This document shows, piece after piece, positions 11,571-25,870 of a stretch of DNA of 64,000 nt. Each line of letters begins with the position of its first letter. Position 1 is the first letter of the stretch. Origin of the DNA: Raja brachyura (taxonomy: Eukaryota); assembly GCA_963514005.1 (NCBI GenBank), contig OY740796.1, positions 35,712,001 to 35,776,000 on the forward strand, written 5' to 3'. The notes under the pieces were generated by a model. The model worked only from the letters and a program-made list of their open reading frames with translations. It did no database searches and was not told the origin of the DNA. Position numbers and translations under genes: made by a program.

Positions 11571-14500
11571 CTCAAGACTCTTAACGCCAAAGCAGGGCTA
11601 ATTTCCTCTTCAGATTCATTGACCCACCTTAGCTTCAAAGTCTTCAATACGCCCCAACTGGTCTTGGTGTTCCAATGGGATGCAGCATCTGTAGAGAGAG
11701 ATTTTGCAATGTCACTGATGTGCTTAATTTTATGGCCATGTAGATTTTCTGACAAATAAGACTGGTTCTCTTCCCTCATGAGCAAAGTATAATAATACAA
11801 ATAACTGGGGAGGAGCATTTTCAAAATAATTATTTTCAAGGTGAGATACCTAGTGTTAGGAGCAGATTGCTACATATTAAATGGGGAATAATGGATGCTT
11901 GAGAGTGATGCTGCAGTGTAATGAAGGTTACATATTATTGAATAATAGAGAATCACAGCCATTTTGAGAACCATAGATTAATTTGAGCCTTATTATCCTT
12001 TCCTGATAATAAGGAATTGCTATTCCTTAGCAATTAATATTCCACCACATGTTTCCATATCTGAGGCATCTTAGTGCCAAAGCAGTCATGATGTGAACCT
12101 TCTGTTGCACACTTTACAAACTCCAATGGTGCCAGTTTCCTCCCTCAATGCCCTGTTGAGATTGCTTCCATCTGAGTCATAGCTGATGCTTTAAAGATCA
12201 ACTGAAATATTATATCGTACTTTTACAAAAAATGAATATTGAATGTGCATGCATTAAAATGATGAGGTGAATTAAAAAGATATTTATGTAATTCAACATT
12301 AAAATTTTTCTCATTTACATGCAAAGCTCTCTGTCGTGCTTTATGAAGAGAACTAAAATGTCATGATGTGCAACATGACGCAAATCGACTTGTGTATTTA
12401 TATTGTTGCCCACCTAATACTCAATGCAAAGATAAGACAATATTCAAGTAAATTAAGCACAATGCATTCCATCAGAGATGCATCCAGATATTATCAGATG
12501 AACAGCTGGCACATTTCATTCTTATTTTTGGGGAAAATTGTTTAAAATCATGAAACAGAAGCAAAATACCCCAGTTACTGTCAGCATCCTCTCACTGTGT
12601 TCCAGATCATGTTTTGTCGTAGACAGAGATTCCACAGGGAAACTCCACGTATCACTATCCGTTGTCTTCAACATCCAGATCTCACTACTGCAACACTGCA
12701 GTGTAAGTCTGTCTGTCGTTCAGATGCTGAAGTATTCATGCCCTTGGTTAATATTCAACTATGGCTGATGGAAAAGCAATAGTTGAAAAAGCCCATTGAC
12801 TAGAATAGGATCACTGACCTTCACAAAAACAAGTCTAGTCAAGCTTTAAATTTACTTTCCTTTATTTGACAGTATAATCCTACTTTTTATGGTAATGTGT
12901 TTTTTTAAAATAAATTATTAGATGTTATAGTTTTTAATCTGTCCCACCTGTTTTTAAATCATCATCAAATGCTGAAAATGCTTGTTGAGAATAGTGAGTT
13001 GTCAAAGGCTATCGGGTCACTGCTCAGGGTGAGGAAAGGATTTAGCAGCCTGGGCATCATGTGGTGGCCTGGTTTGCATAAGGACTGTGGTGTGGAGGCC
13101 ACCAGCATGACCTATTCCAAGGATGATGTAACTTGCAAAAGCAGTGCATGCATGGTGGGTCGTATCTAATATATTGCAGCCCAGTGTGATTAATTCAGGT
13201 GTAAACATTTCACAAACATCTCAATTCTAAATACAAAGCAAGGGCCTGCCAAAAGTTAACCCCTACAAAATAAAACAATCAAAGAATGAATGTGGATCAA
13301 GTGTTCATCCCTTTTAAATTACTATTGATACAAGGATCTTGCAAATTAGAGGGCAGTTGGAGCCAATGGAGCTCGACCCTGGCATGGATCTGTCTTTGTG
13401 TGAAAATCAATGGAAGAAAGAAATACTGATTCAGTTAATGATCATATTTCTTACAATTAATTTTGGTTGCATTTTGCATGCTCCTAAATTATCCCCCAAA
13501 AACAGTGAAAGGTTAACAATTCATTGAGCTAGAATACTGTATTCTTTTATATACAATAATTTAACTGTTTTTGAAGTCTCAAGGATTACATAAATCTTGT
13601 TGTAAATTGGGAACAGTAATAATTCGTTATGGATGGCAGAAGTCTGAAATTAATTCAGACAATACTGGAGTTTCTGGCAGGAGCTGTGAAAAAAGCTAAG
13701 TGGATTGAATGTTTTAGGTCCTGAATTATCATCAGTGTTTAGCTTTGTGTATATGGTAGCTAGATGTGTAGCTTTGTGCACCAGCTCGAGCAGCTGAGGG
13801 GTCGTTCAACACATGCACCAAGGAGATCAAATCTGATTAAAAGCAAGCTACAGTGCCAATTTTTTCTTGGGTTGAGTTATTTTACCAGGAGGCACAATGT
13901 CCATGTGTACTTTACAGTAGAATTTCCCAGTCAAGAAGCGAGTGTGCTGCTAGCACATGCTAACAACCAGATATATCAGGTCAGACACAATAGGCCTATC
14001 CATGCAGTGTCCATCCGGATGCCACTTCCAATAACTTCATTTGCCATCCATATGTTTAGAAGTTAGGTTTTGCTATGAATTTGAGGACTACTTTATGTGT
14101 GCGTGTTTTGGGCTGGGAATTGGCTGTGGTCAATAGCTACAATTCCTTGAAGGGTCCTCATTCAATTCAAACCCCCAATACCCAAATGCCTTCCCCTCCA
14201 CGCCCTTCTTCACTTCAACCTAGCTGCCTCTCATCTAATTTGTAGCTCTGGCCATACCCTCATTGCATTCCACCATCTCCCCCATTTTCCATGCCTAAAA
14301 CTGATTCTGGAGGTCCCCATCTTGGTCAACTCCTCCCTCCCCGCTCCATCACTACTAACACCAATACAGTATTAAAGTTGTAGGCAGCTTGACAAAGCAA
14401 CCCATCGTGTCTTAAGAATAATGATTATGAATCTTTGCCAACTATTGTCACCACTCAAACTTTGGAATTACTCCAGCATCTCTACAATGACTTCAAACTT

Positions 14501-14734
14501 CACAACATAATAACTGTTCACTATCTTACATCTTGACAGTATAATCAATTAGCCAATGAAAAAATGAAGTAACACACCTGCTCTGGTCATAAACCTAATT
14601 GGGCACTGAGCAAATATTTACCTATGAAAGTTGCTGAGCAACTAAGGTTACTGCAGTCAGCCAGGCTGGTCCTCTGGATAGAGATGGGAGCTGCTTGATA
14701 GACATTAACTGGCCACTCATTCTGGATAAACCAA

Positions 14735-14849
14735 ATGCTGATTTAAACCGGAGATAGACACAAAATGCTGGAGTAACACAGCAGGACAGGCAGCATCTCT
14801 GGAGAGAAGGAATGGGTGATGTTTTGCGTCAAGACCCTTCTTCAGACAT
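14735..14849 (-). mobile_element. Penelope-like terminal repeat, hammerhead core mutated
   Basis: Minus strand reads gtCTGAAGAagggtcttgacgcAAAAcatcacccattccttctctccagagatgctgcc. Confidence 0.8.
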
Positions 14850-14865
14850 ATGCGGGAATGCAGAG

Positions 14866-15175
14866 ATGGGGCAGCTGGTAGTGTCGCTGCAGTTCCAGTG
14901 ACCAGGTTTAATCCTAACCCCTGGTGCTGTCTGTGTAGCATTTGCACATTCTCCCCGTGACTGCATGGGTTTCCTCTGAGCGCTCTGGTTTTCTTCCACA
15001 TCCCAAAGATGCTGTTTGGCAGGTTAATTGGCCAATGTAAATCGCTCTTCATCTGTAGCTGAGTTGCAGAATCCAGAGGGAGTTGATGGAAATGTAGGAA
15101 GAAAAAAGGAATTGGTGTAACGGGTACTTGACGGTCAATGCATACTTCATTACGTTCTATCAGTCTCTATGACTA
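14866..15175 (+). mobile_element. V-SINE-like element
   Basis: ggtgctgtctgtgtagcatttgcacattctccccgtgactgcatgggtttcc core. Confidence 0.75.
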
Positions 15176-15347
15176 ACACTGAAGGAAGATGAAGAGAAGT
15201 ATGGGGATCTGTTTGTGCACAGCCAAACATTCAGCTGTGAGTTGCATGCATAATTGGTTTGTAATTGTGCAGAAGTAGAATGGTACTGAATTTATTCGAA
15301 CCATCCAAAACACTTATCCTGAAATTTGGCTTGGACATGCATCGTAC

Positions 15348-15379
15348 CCCTCCCCCCCCCCCCCCCCCCCCCCCCCCCC
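15348..15379. repeat. poly-C tract
   Basis: Seen directly. Confidence 0.9.
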
Positions 15380-17091
15380 ACATAAGGAGCCCAAACCTCT
15401 GTCTGTATGGCAACCTTAAACTTGAGAATTGCCTAACAGAGACCAAGTTGAACAAACTACCCATTTTCCTTCACTGTCTGTGCTACAACGATGCAAGCAG
15501 AAATTAGGGCCTTTAAGTTAAATTAATGTGCAAGGCCCACTCTACTGAAGATGGCTGCATAATCTCTGATCCCAGTGGGGTTTTAAAATGGTCCATTGAA
15601 GGTGGTTAATAGAAACTATTAGAAGCAAAGTATTTACTTTTGTTTGAAGGTTACCCATTATAAGAGAACTCAAATGTAATTGAGAGTGAGAGTACTATGC
15701 AAAGTTGGCAGCGGCTTAATCCTTGTGTTTTAACATTGGACAGCAGCTGATGTCTGTTTTCCCTACTCAATGCTTATTTGCTTAATGGGCGAATTTAGTT
15801 TCTATGTGGAGTTGTAATACAGACTTTCATTGATCTTTGCATAAAATATATATTTCTTTTAAGCAATTATATTGAAACGAACAAGAATCTGAAGCATCTC
15901 ATAGTAAATCCTATAAGCCATATCTAAATACCACGATATAATGGATTATTGTGTGAAGATAGCATTTTTTAAGTTAGACGGAAAGAAGTCACCCACAATT
16001 GTTACACTAGTACGTGTAGCTTGATGCAAATGTAACTGAAACTCAGTGGAATTCAGAGTAAGATTGAAAAGATGCAGGTAATGAATGTGTATTTTTTAAG
16101 TAACTCAGCAAAACAAGAAGTAGCAGTCTCTTTCAAAGAAATGAAAAAGTAACTTACTTTGAATAACATTAGATGTTGTTTACCCAGTTGAATGCGTCCT
16201 TAGCTTTACAATCAAAGCCATGGAATACCAAATCAAGGATTTGAGTTCATCCTTTAATAATCAGTGGGTGAGCCTCAACTGAAGAATTGGGATGATTCAC
16301 ATTTCTCCAGACAAGTGCATGCCTGCCCACCCCTCTTCTACATATCTTTGACTTCTGAATCTGCACTGCAGTGCAGAAACACAGAAACATCTGACCTGCA
16401 GCACTGCCGGACTCGCCACCAAGTCCAAAATCAACTCTGGAATACAATGTACTGATGGTTCAGATGCATTGGAGCTGAATGTAAGATGGTACCCTGATTA
16501 TTTGATCAGGGCTTCTACCCTTAATAGAAAATTTGTTTTCATTTCACGGTATCTTTTAAATTGAGAACAAATGAATGCATGAATGAGTTTTAAACTCATT
16601 TTGGTGTTTATGTTTATTTATAAATCCATTTAAATTGCTTACAAATATCACTGATCTTTAGAACCATTTGAAAAGGCCTTTGAAAGCAGTGAGCTGTCAG
16701 AGGCCAAAATGGAAGCATCTCATCCTGTCTGCACTGGAAATATCTCAGCAAATAATCATGGGATTAGTGAATTCTGAGTTGGAACAAGCATTATATAGAC
16801 CATTTAATATATTTTAGAACAGCCCTTAAGTTTGATGTCAATGCCTTGAAATTGTGGAGGGAAGTCGCCAAAGGTGATGGACTTTAGTTACGTGGAGACA
16901 TTGGGGAACCTGGATTAATTTCTCAGTGCAGAGAACATTAAGGGAGGATTTATCACAACATCAAATAATGTATTAATAGTAAATTAAAACTTTTAACCAA
17001 CAAAAAATTGATAATAGAAAATACAGATTTAAGGTCATTAGCAAAAAGTAATAGATAAAAAGCTGTTTTATATTCCAAAACACACGCAGAT

Positions 17092-17420
17092 GATCAAGTG
17101 GCACAACTGGTAGTGCTGTAGCGTCACAGTTGCAGAGACCCAGGTTGATCCTGACATTGGGTGCTATCTGTGTAGAGTTTGCATGTTCTCTTTGTGATCA
17201 CGTGGGTTTCCTCTGGGCGCTCCAGTTTCCTCCCACAACTCACATCTATGGGTTTCTAGGTTAATTGACCTCTGTAAATTAGCACAAGTGTGTTGGGAGT
17301 GGACGTGAAAGTGAGATAACATAGAACTAGTATGAACGGGTGTTCGATGGCCAGCATGGACTCGGTGGGCTAAAGGGCTATTTCCACACTGCATCTCCAA
17401 ACTCTCTAAACACTCTACAA
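17092..17420 (+). mobile_element. V-SINE-like element
   Basis: gtggcacaactggtagtgc...agagacccaggttgatcctgac...gagtttgcatgttctc...ggactcggtgggctaaagggc...ctctaaac. Confidence 0.8.
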
Positions 17421-18694
17421 AGGGGAATGCATGGGAATTGAAAAGGATGAAAACTACAGAACTATTTGGAGTGGAAAAGAATGTTTGATGATTGGATAAT
17501 TCTTTGTCAAGTGAGTGTTATATGGCCATTGGTTCTGCCGAGCTGTAGTGTTCTATGACTTAATGGTAACCATCATGTCAACTTATTAAAGCCGGAATGT
17601 ACAGGTATGTCTTTTCTGCTGTTGAAGATCTCTGAATAAGCAGGTGTTTTCAACAAATGCGTTTCTTAATAATATTCCTTTCAAAACCGATAGACCACTC
17701 TCTGAGAGACTGTTTTCTTGAATCCAAATTGAGTAAATGCACGGTGCCATGACAAAACAGTCTCTGCTGTACCATCAATTCAAAGTGTACAGCTGTTAAT
17801 GGAAGACTTTTTCACAAGCCAGTATGTTCTCATATCCACTGCAATGGAAGCCTGCTTCTATTAAGTATGCCATAAAAAGGAGAGATTTTGGTGGTGTATA
17901 TTTTATTGGCTGCCTCTCCTGCTTCTCCCATCCTAAATGCTAATTGTTCATCTGTCTGCAACAGTCCGTTCAGTGTAAACACCATGCTTCAATCTCTTAA
18001 GCAAGTTCTGTTGTTGTAAGTATCAATCAACACATTTCCTAATGAAATTGCCTCTGTACCTGAGCACATTGCATTTCTGGTCTCTAGACATGTATTTTCT
18101 GATCAACGCACAATGGCACCTAATTCTTTGCGAAATTAGCCTGCTGTATGTTTCCAGGTGAAATTACCCACATTCTGTTTCTGAAACATTCGAAAGAGTT
18201 TTCTTTTTGGGCGTTTAGCACACATGATAACCCAAGACTAAGAGAAAAAACTAAATGGTGGATTGCACATCTGGGAAATTGACAGGACTCCACAGGAGAA
18301 CCTGCAGAATCTGTGGGAGGTTGTTTTGACCCATTAACCAAGAGGATGTAATGACTATAAGCAAAAACAATGCATAGAGGATATCTGTCAATACTGAACG
18401 AAGGAGTATTAGCCTAAAATAAAGGAGATTAGAATTGCTAATTAGAAGTTTGGAAAAGTTTATGCAGGGATAAGTACACCAAAGTTCAGTTAATCTTTCA
18501 GGGGTAAAATACTGGACATTTCCTGTGGATGTTCCTGACAAGCTGGTGTGTGACGTGGGTAATGGGGATTAGGTGTTTCATCTGTTTACCTTTCATTGAC
18601 ATAGGGATTTGGAATTATATATTTGGCAGTAGCAATAATGTACACAAGTACAGCAAATCGTTTTCTCAAGCTTAGTGAATTCATTGATTGAAAC

Positions 18695-18950
18695 AATGGA
18701 GAGCCTTTGGCCCACCAAGTCCACGCTGACCATCGATTCACACAGGTTCCCTGTTTATGTACTTTTCGATCGGCTCCCTAGACACAAAGGTAATTTACAA
18801 AGGTCAATTAATCTTGCACGTCTTTGGGATGAGGATACCAGGGTACTCCTGAGGAAACCCACAGTCACAGTGAGAAAATGTAAACTTTACACAAACAGCA
18901 CCCATGGTCAGGTCTGAACCTGGGTCTCTGGCGCTATGAGACAGTCGTTC
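18695..18950 (-). mobile_element. V-SINE-like element
   Basis: Reverse complement of the SINE core (ggaaaccca...aaactttacacaaacagcaccc...gaacctgggtctctggcgct). Confidence 0.75.
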
Positions 18951-20859
18951 TATCGTGTACGAATGTTGTGTGTTTTTCTGGAATTTATGCAAAATTCCAA
19001 TTTGAGTTTAATGTACTTTTACTTTTGTGTTGGGGTTTCCTAAGTAGGATTTTACAGTCAATTAGTTTCTTCAGTCCACTTAGCTACTTGTTTACATTAA
19101 ATCAATAATTACTGTTAGCGAGTCACGTGCCGTAGACGGAGGTTAAATAGTTTAGTAACCATTGATTAATTTAATTATCAAAGCAAGACCCAGACTCCAA
19201 ATTAGTTCTAAATGTGATTTACAAGCAAGAATCAGTTTTGAAATTCATTTAGTTTTGTGATACAGGAAACAGGCCCTTCGGCCTGCTGAGCCCACACCAA
19301 CTAGCGATCCCCGCACAATGAAGAATTTTGCAGAAGCAAATGTGGATACTTGAATGCATCCGGAGACTACTTAACTGATATGCTTTGGAAACTGACAAGA
19401 ATATACTTAATATCTCAAAAGAGATCTACATCAAGGTGACTGTTACATATGGAGATATAGCAAAACTGTAATGACCATGAGATATTCTCAGATGCAATGG
19501 CTAAATAAACTGAGAAGAAATTGTGACATCTGTCGATACTGAGAAACAATAAAGGCTGAGGCATTGGAACAAGGGGTTAGACATCTTGAATTGCCAAGAT
19601 GTTTTGTTCAATTCTGACATAGATAAAAGCGGGGATGAGATCAAGGGAGGTTACAGACTGAACATTTTGCCACACTGAACATGAAACATGGACAAAGCAA
19701 TATTTATTCTGCCATTCAACACTTTGGGTGTTTGTGTATCATAGAACCACCTCCCTCAAATCTATGGTAATAAAAATGTTTTTTTGGATGACTAGATTTT
19801 GTCCTCTGTGGTTTTAGACTATTAATGTAAACACCATGTCTCAACAATGATGTTGGTATTGATACTGAATCTGTGCTCCCATTGTTACTGTATAATTCTA
19901 TGGAACCATTTGTTCACATACAAAATATTGAGGTTAAATATTGGAATTGCATTTGATCACATGTTTATTGACCTAAAAGTTGTTTAAACGGAAGTGTTTT
20001 GAGTTAGGGAAGATTATTATCATCTCCCAATGTGTCTGTTTGTGTTGAATAAAATACATGTTACATCTACAGATCTAGACTCTGAGTAGATGTTGAACCA
20101 CAATTATCGTTGTGTGTGAACCTTGCTATAAATTGCATCATGTCAGGAATGTCTGAGAATTATTTCCAGATTATTATTCAACAATATATTTTATTTGCGT
20201 ACTCCTTCTTCCTCCTTCTGTCAGTTGAGAGGACAGCAGGTTGCATATCTGATTGCAGTGAAACTGGGAATGTTTTGATGTTGGAGGATAAATGAATATC
20301 ATCCATTAGATGTCTTCCCCAAAGTTTGGGACCAGGTATAGAGTGCCGTAGAGGTCATTGTATTTGATTACAACCCTTAAGATGTAGCTGTAGTTCCATG
20401 GTAAGCTACAAAGATATGAACATTGCACATTTGCATAAAATTAATTTTGTATTGCTTCTGATGACAATTATGCCATCTGTTTATAATTCAATTAAATGAA
20501 AAAATGCAGTTGAAACTTTTTAATTAGACAATCGGTGGAATATGGAACTCATTATCATCTTAAGTGGTTTAGCTAGACAGGTTGTGTAGCTATTTTGGGG
20601 GGAACTAAAAGACCACATTAATATGACAACTTTTATATGTTCTTAAACTATTTCACCAAGAGTAAGTACAGAATTAACTATTAAAAATCACGTTCCCACA
20701 AACTATAACAATAATAATAAAATTAATTTTAGAAATATTGAGTGATTACAATTGAGCCTTGCCACTGCAATTACATTATTGTGTCTTTGAATGGTGTCAT
20801 CTTAAAAGAGCAAGCAGTGCTTTAGTTTAATTGCTTATGCAAAACACATCACCTCTGAT

Positions 20860-20982
20860 CGTGTAGTACTGGTTCGGGAGGGCACTGAAGCATCAGCCTA
20901 GGGTGTTGCTCAAGTCTCTTGAGAGGAACAAACTCCCTGATGCAGAGACTGAAAAGTGCCAATAACTGAGCCATTGCTGACC
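20860..20982 (-). mobile_element. Deu-domain SINE head fragment
   Basis: cactgaagcatcagcctag...gctcaagtctc...actgagccattgctgac is the reverse complement of the head at 10086. Confidence 0.5.
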
Positions 20983-21254
20983 GAGAAAACTAAATAAATA
21001 CACGAGAGAGAACAAAAAAATGCAAAAACCTTTAGAGTTAAATTAGGTAAGATAGGAGAAGACTCCAAAAATATTGAATATGGATAATGCCGAAGAACAA
21101 TGATTATTACTATTTAATTGACAATAATTTAAGGATTATTTTGTAACTAATTGCTCTCTTGGTTGCCACATTTTTTGGACTACTCAAGAGATGGTCTGCG
21201 TAGAACATTTCAGTAAAATGATTTTGTATCATTGTGTGCATTCCACACAATTCC

Positions 21255-21980
21255 ACACATGTGTTTGTGTGTTTCCTTGTGTCTTTTTTTGTGATTCACA
21301 TCTCCTTGAAAACCAGACGTGCTAACGGTGAAACTTTTACATATTCCGGTAGAGATTTACCTCAAGATCTCAAAAATCGCCTCATCTGAAAATTTGATTC
21401 ATAATTTCTTGTTTCTTCAAATTGTTCACAAATCTGAGATCTTTTTTAAAATCTAACGAGCTGATGACGTCACAATGGTGCTGCTCCTCGCGGCCAGCTG
21501 TGCAGAGTTTTCAACGCACAGCCTGCTGGGCACTGTTTTTGCACAAGCTGCGAGTTACATGAACGCCCCCCCCCCCCCCCCCACCTCGCAGTCATGTTGT
21601 CACTGGATTGAAGCCGCTGAACACGCTAACGACCAAAGCTCTCGGGAATTCTCGGGGAACCCGAGCCGAGGCTCTAGTGTGCGTCGACTTTGGAAGTGCT
21701 CGGAAAGTCTCTGGAAACCCAAGCCGCGGAGTGAGTGTGTGCGTCGACCAAAGTTCTTGGCAGTTCTCGGGAGTTCTCGGGAAAGCCGAGACGAGGCGCT
21801 AGCGTCCGTCAACCTCGGAAGCGCTCTGAAGCTCTCGGAAGCGCCGTCGGAAGCCCTTGGGAATGGCAGAACAGAGCCAACTTGCTTGTTCTTTCTACAT
21901 CTTTTGAAGAACCAGGGGGGTGAGGGGGTAAGGGGGAGGGTGGTGACGCCACTCGGAGCAGAGCCATTGTGAGGCCCCCC
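21255..21980. mobile_element. Unclassified GC-rich interspersed element, possibly Helitron- or MITE-like
   Basis: Abrupt CpG-rich block; inverted repeat gtcacaatggtgctgctcc / ggagcagagccattgtgag; internal tandem ctcgggaa/ctcggaag motifs. Confidence 0.4.
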
Positions 21981-22145
21981 TCTCTCCCTCTTCTGCTCCC
22001 TCCCCCTACCTCCCCCTCCTCCTCCTACCCCTCCCCTCCCCCTCCCCACCTCCCTCCCCCTTCCCTCTCTCCCCTTCCCCCCCTCTCCTCCCCCCTCTCC
22101 CCCCCCTCCTCTCCCCACCTCTCCTCCCTCTCCACCCCCTCATTC
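21975..22145. repeat. C/T-rich low-complexity tract (G-quadruplex potential on the minus strand)
   Basis: Near-pure pyrimidine run of CCT/CCCCT units. Confidence 0.9.
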
Positions 22146-22593
22146 TCCACCCTGTATGGTATGATCTGCCTGCATAGCGCAAGGAACAACGTTTTTCACC
22201 GTATCTCTGGACACGTGACCATAACAAAACCCAATGGCAATCCCAATACAATGCATTACTCCATAAAGCACTATTCAAGGATTTGAAGGGGATAGATCAT
22301 TCCAGAGAGTCCTCTAAGATTATTGTAAATGAGTGATGGACAGCATTTTGGTATTGGTCAAGAGTCATTGAAAATAATTAGACATGAAGAATGTGGGGTA
22401 TTGCAGCGTGGAATGTATAGAGCAGGATTTAAAATCTAACTTCTAGAAGAATTCATACTGTAACTACAGTTCAACAATTTATGAACAGCGAGGCAATAAG
22501 AGATCTGTTCAATTCTTATCATGCAAGTTTAATTGGAAAGCAGAAAGATGGTAAAGAGAGTCTGCAGAAGGGTCCTGACCCAAAACATCATCT

Positions 22594-22803
22594 TGTAGCG
22601 GCCTAGACGAGGTCCGGAAAAGGCCAGATGCTAGGTAGGTTTAAACAGTAGTCCTTTAATCCCTACAGCGAGAGCACACCACACCAACTGCCAGCACATA
22701 CCCAGGGGTGGTCAGGAAACCCCATGGCAGACCAATGCCCCTGTCACTCAATCGACGAGGGGGGATGATGCAAGGACTGGCCTACCCCACAGGGACCACC
22801 ACA
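22594..22803 (-). repeat. 3' LTR (210 bp)
   Basis: Direct repeat of 26671-26863 with about 15 substitutions and a 16-bp indel. Confidence 0.95.
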
Positions 22804-22948
22804 GGAACCCCCCCCCCCCAAGTACTTGAGGCACGAAACGGACAGGAAGGCGTACACAGCGACCAGCCCGAGTGTACACCATCCTCGCACAGGAACGGGC
22901 GACTGACCAACAGGTGCAGGAGATGGAGTAGCCAGAGGGGGAGGTACC

Positions 22949-25870
22949 CTAGACAGAGGGCGCCCTCGCTTTCTGAAACAGTCTCATGCCAACCCCCCAT
23001 GTCCAGGACGAAAGTGGACAAGCCATGTCCCAGGACCCAGAAGGGACCCTCGTGCGGCCGCTGGAGAGGTGTCCGATCAGCATCCCTACACAGGAAGACA
23101 AACTGGCAGTCCTCCAGAGCAGAGGGAATGTGCGGACGGAAGAACCCATGGCGAGAAGTGGGCACCGGCGCCAGCTTGCCCACCATCTCCTGAAGTCGCC
23201 GCAGAGCGTCCGAAGGCTGCTCCACCTGGCCCGGTGCCGGCGGGATGAACTCCATGGGGACGGAGAGCCATACACCAACTCGGCGGAGGAGGAGGCCAAG
23301 TCCTCTTTCGGTGCAGTACGGATCCCCAGCAAAGCCCATGGCAGGGCGTCCACCCAGTCCGGATCATTGAGCCGTGCCTTCAGGACGTCCTTGAACTGAC
23401 GGTGAAACCGCTCCACCAGGTCGTTCGCCCGCGGATGATACGCCGTTGTGTGGTGTAGCCGAACACCCAGAAGGCGTGCCATGGCCGACCATAGTTCCGA
23501 CATGTACTGAGGCCCCCGGTCGGATGTTATGTCCAGTGGCACCCCGATCCGGGTGATCCAGTGCGCCACCAAGGCCCGAGCACAAGTGGCCGTTGAAGAA
23601 TCTGGTAGCGGAATGGCTTCAGGCCACCTTCTGAAGTGGTCGACAACGGTGAGTAGATAGGTCAAGCCCCGGGACGGCGGCAGCGGCCCCACGATGTCCA
23701 CGTGAATGTGGTCAAACCGCTGCTGAGGGATGGTGAACTCCTGCAACGGCGCGCGCACGTGTCGTTGCACCTTGGCAGTCTGGCACGGGATGCAAGTGCG
23801 CGCCCAATGTCCAACCTCCTTCTGCAGCCCGTGCCACATGAAGTGGGAGGCTACCAGGGAAGTTGTCGCCCGGATGGAGGGATTCGCGAGCTCGTGGAGC
23901 ACCTCAAACACCCTGCGCCACCAGGCGATGGGGCCAATGGGTCGCGGAACTCCAGTGGCGACATCGCACAGCAGCGTTGTGCCCCCAGGACCACAGACAA
24001 CGTCCTGCAACTGCAGGCCCGAAACTGTCGTACGATAGGCGGCCATCTCCTCATCGACCAGCTGAGCGGCTGCCAGGGCGGAATAATTAATCCCCTCAGC
24101 GACTTGGAGAACCGCGTGGACTGCAGGTCTGGATAAGGCGTCGGCCACCCTATTGAAATTGCCCTCCATGAAACGGATGGAGGTGGTGTATTCGGACACA
24201 TATGCGAAATGCCTCTGCTGCCGGGCAGACCATGGGTCTGAAACCTTGGCGAACCGCGAAGGTTAGCGGATTGTGGTCCGTATATGCGGTAAACAGCCTC
24301 CCCTCCAGGAAGTAGCAGAAATGGCGAACGGCGAGATACAGGGCCAGGAGCTCATGGTCGAAAGCGCTGTAACGGCGCTGAGCACCACTGAGATGCCTGC
24401 TGAAGAAGGCGAGTGCCCGCCAGCATCCGTCAACGAGCTGCTCCAACCACTACCTCAGAAGCGTCCACCGTCAGGGCGGCCGGGGCGTCCTCTCGTGGGT
24501 GGACGAGCATTGTGGCCTCAACCAGTGCCTCCTTAGCCCTCTCGAATGCCGCTGTTGCTTCCACGGACCACTCAACCTCCCTGCGATGACCAGTCATCAG
24601 GTGGAAAAGTGGACGCTTGACTGCGGCCATTGCTGGCAGGAAACGGTGATAAAAGGTGACCATCCCTACAAATTCCTGTAGGCCCTTAACTGTGGTCGGA
24701 TGGGGGAACCTGCAAACAGCGTCCACCCTAGCGGGCAGAGGCACCACCCCCTGTGGAGTTACGCGGTGGCGTAAGGTTTGACCAGTTTGAGGAAGTCAAT
24801 AGTCGTCACCCCGAAACGGCACTTGGACGAGTTGATGGAGAACCCGAAGTCGCTAAGGCGCTGACACAGCTGACGGAGGTGGATGCAGTGGTCCTGCCGC
24901 GAGCGACTGGCCATGAGTATGTCATCCAAGTAGACGAAGACACAGTCCATAAGCCGCTGAAAGGCCTGCGCAGCGTTCTTCAACCCAAACGTCATCCGTA
25001 CAAATTCGAATGGACCAAATGGCGTTATAATGGCCGTCTTCAGGATATCGTCGGGGCAGACCGGAATTTGATTGTACCCTCACACGAGGTCCACCTTGGA
25101 GAATACCAATGCTCCGGCCAGATGGGCGTTGAAGTCCTGGATATGCGGGACCGGGTACCTGTCGGCGACGGTCGCATCGTTCAGGCGACGGTAATCCCCA
25201 CACGGGCACCAGCCCCCATCCGCCATGGGGACCATGTGGAACGGTGATGCCCTTGGGCTATTGGAGGGACGCACGATGCCCATCGCCTCCATCAGGCAGA
25301 ACTCCTCCCGAGCCAGACGAAGCTTGTCTGGCGCGAGACGATGCGCGTGGGTGTGCACAGGCGGGCCGGTAGTAGGAATATGGTGCTCCACCCTGTGCTT
25401 GGGGGTGGAGAAGCGGAAGAGCGGTTCAAGGATGTCAGGGAAATCCACCAGGGTGCGCGCGAAAGTCGCATCCAGGGATGACAGGGGGCCATCAGGGCGT
25501 GATACGGGATCACCAATGCGGAGGAAGACCGGCTCCAGCGTGACGGAGTGCATCAGGCACTGCCGCTTGACATCCATGAGCAGTGAATGGGCTCGAAGGA
25601 AGTCTGCACCCAGCAGCGGCTGGGAAATGTGAGCAATGACGAATTCCCACAAAAAGGAGCTGCAGCCAAAGTTGAGGGAGATAGTGCGAAACCTGTAGGT
25701 GCGAATAGCACTCCCGTTCGCCGCCATGAGGAGGGGCCAGCATTTGCCCGCACGGATGGCAGCGATGGAGGGAGGCAGAACACTCACTTCCGCACCCGTG
25801 TCCACAAGGAATCGACCTCCAGTGCGGCGATCCCAGGCGAAGACGCAATTAAGGAATCACTGTTGACCGG
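22949..25870 (-). pseudogene. pol: Gypsy pol (PR-RT-RH-IN), frameshifted
   Basis: DTGAEVSVLP (protease); CGDYRRLN, FSKVDL, FGLKNA, VYLDDIL (RT); TVDAS, ELLALY, YTDH (RNase H); HELANP..CIPC, IHVDIVG, ITSDRG, VERFHR (integrase). Confidence 0.95.

Noticed and set aside
12606-12702. Possible plus-strand exon (ttccag|...|gtaagt)
   Set aside because: The open frames give no recognisable protein and no partner exons were found.
21475-22286. Long overlapping ORFs of 165-172 aa
   Set aside because: Products of GC-rich repeat and low-complexity sequence depleted in stop codons.
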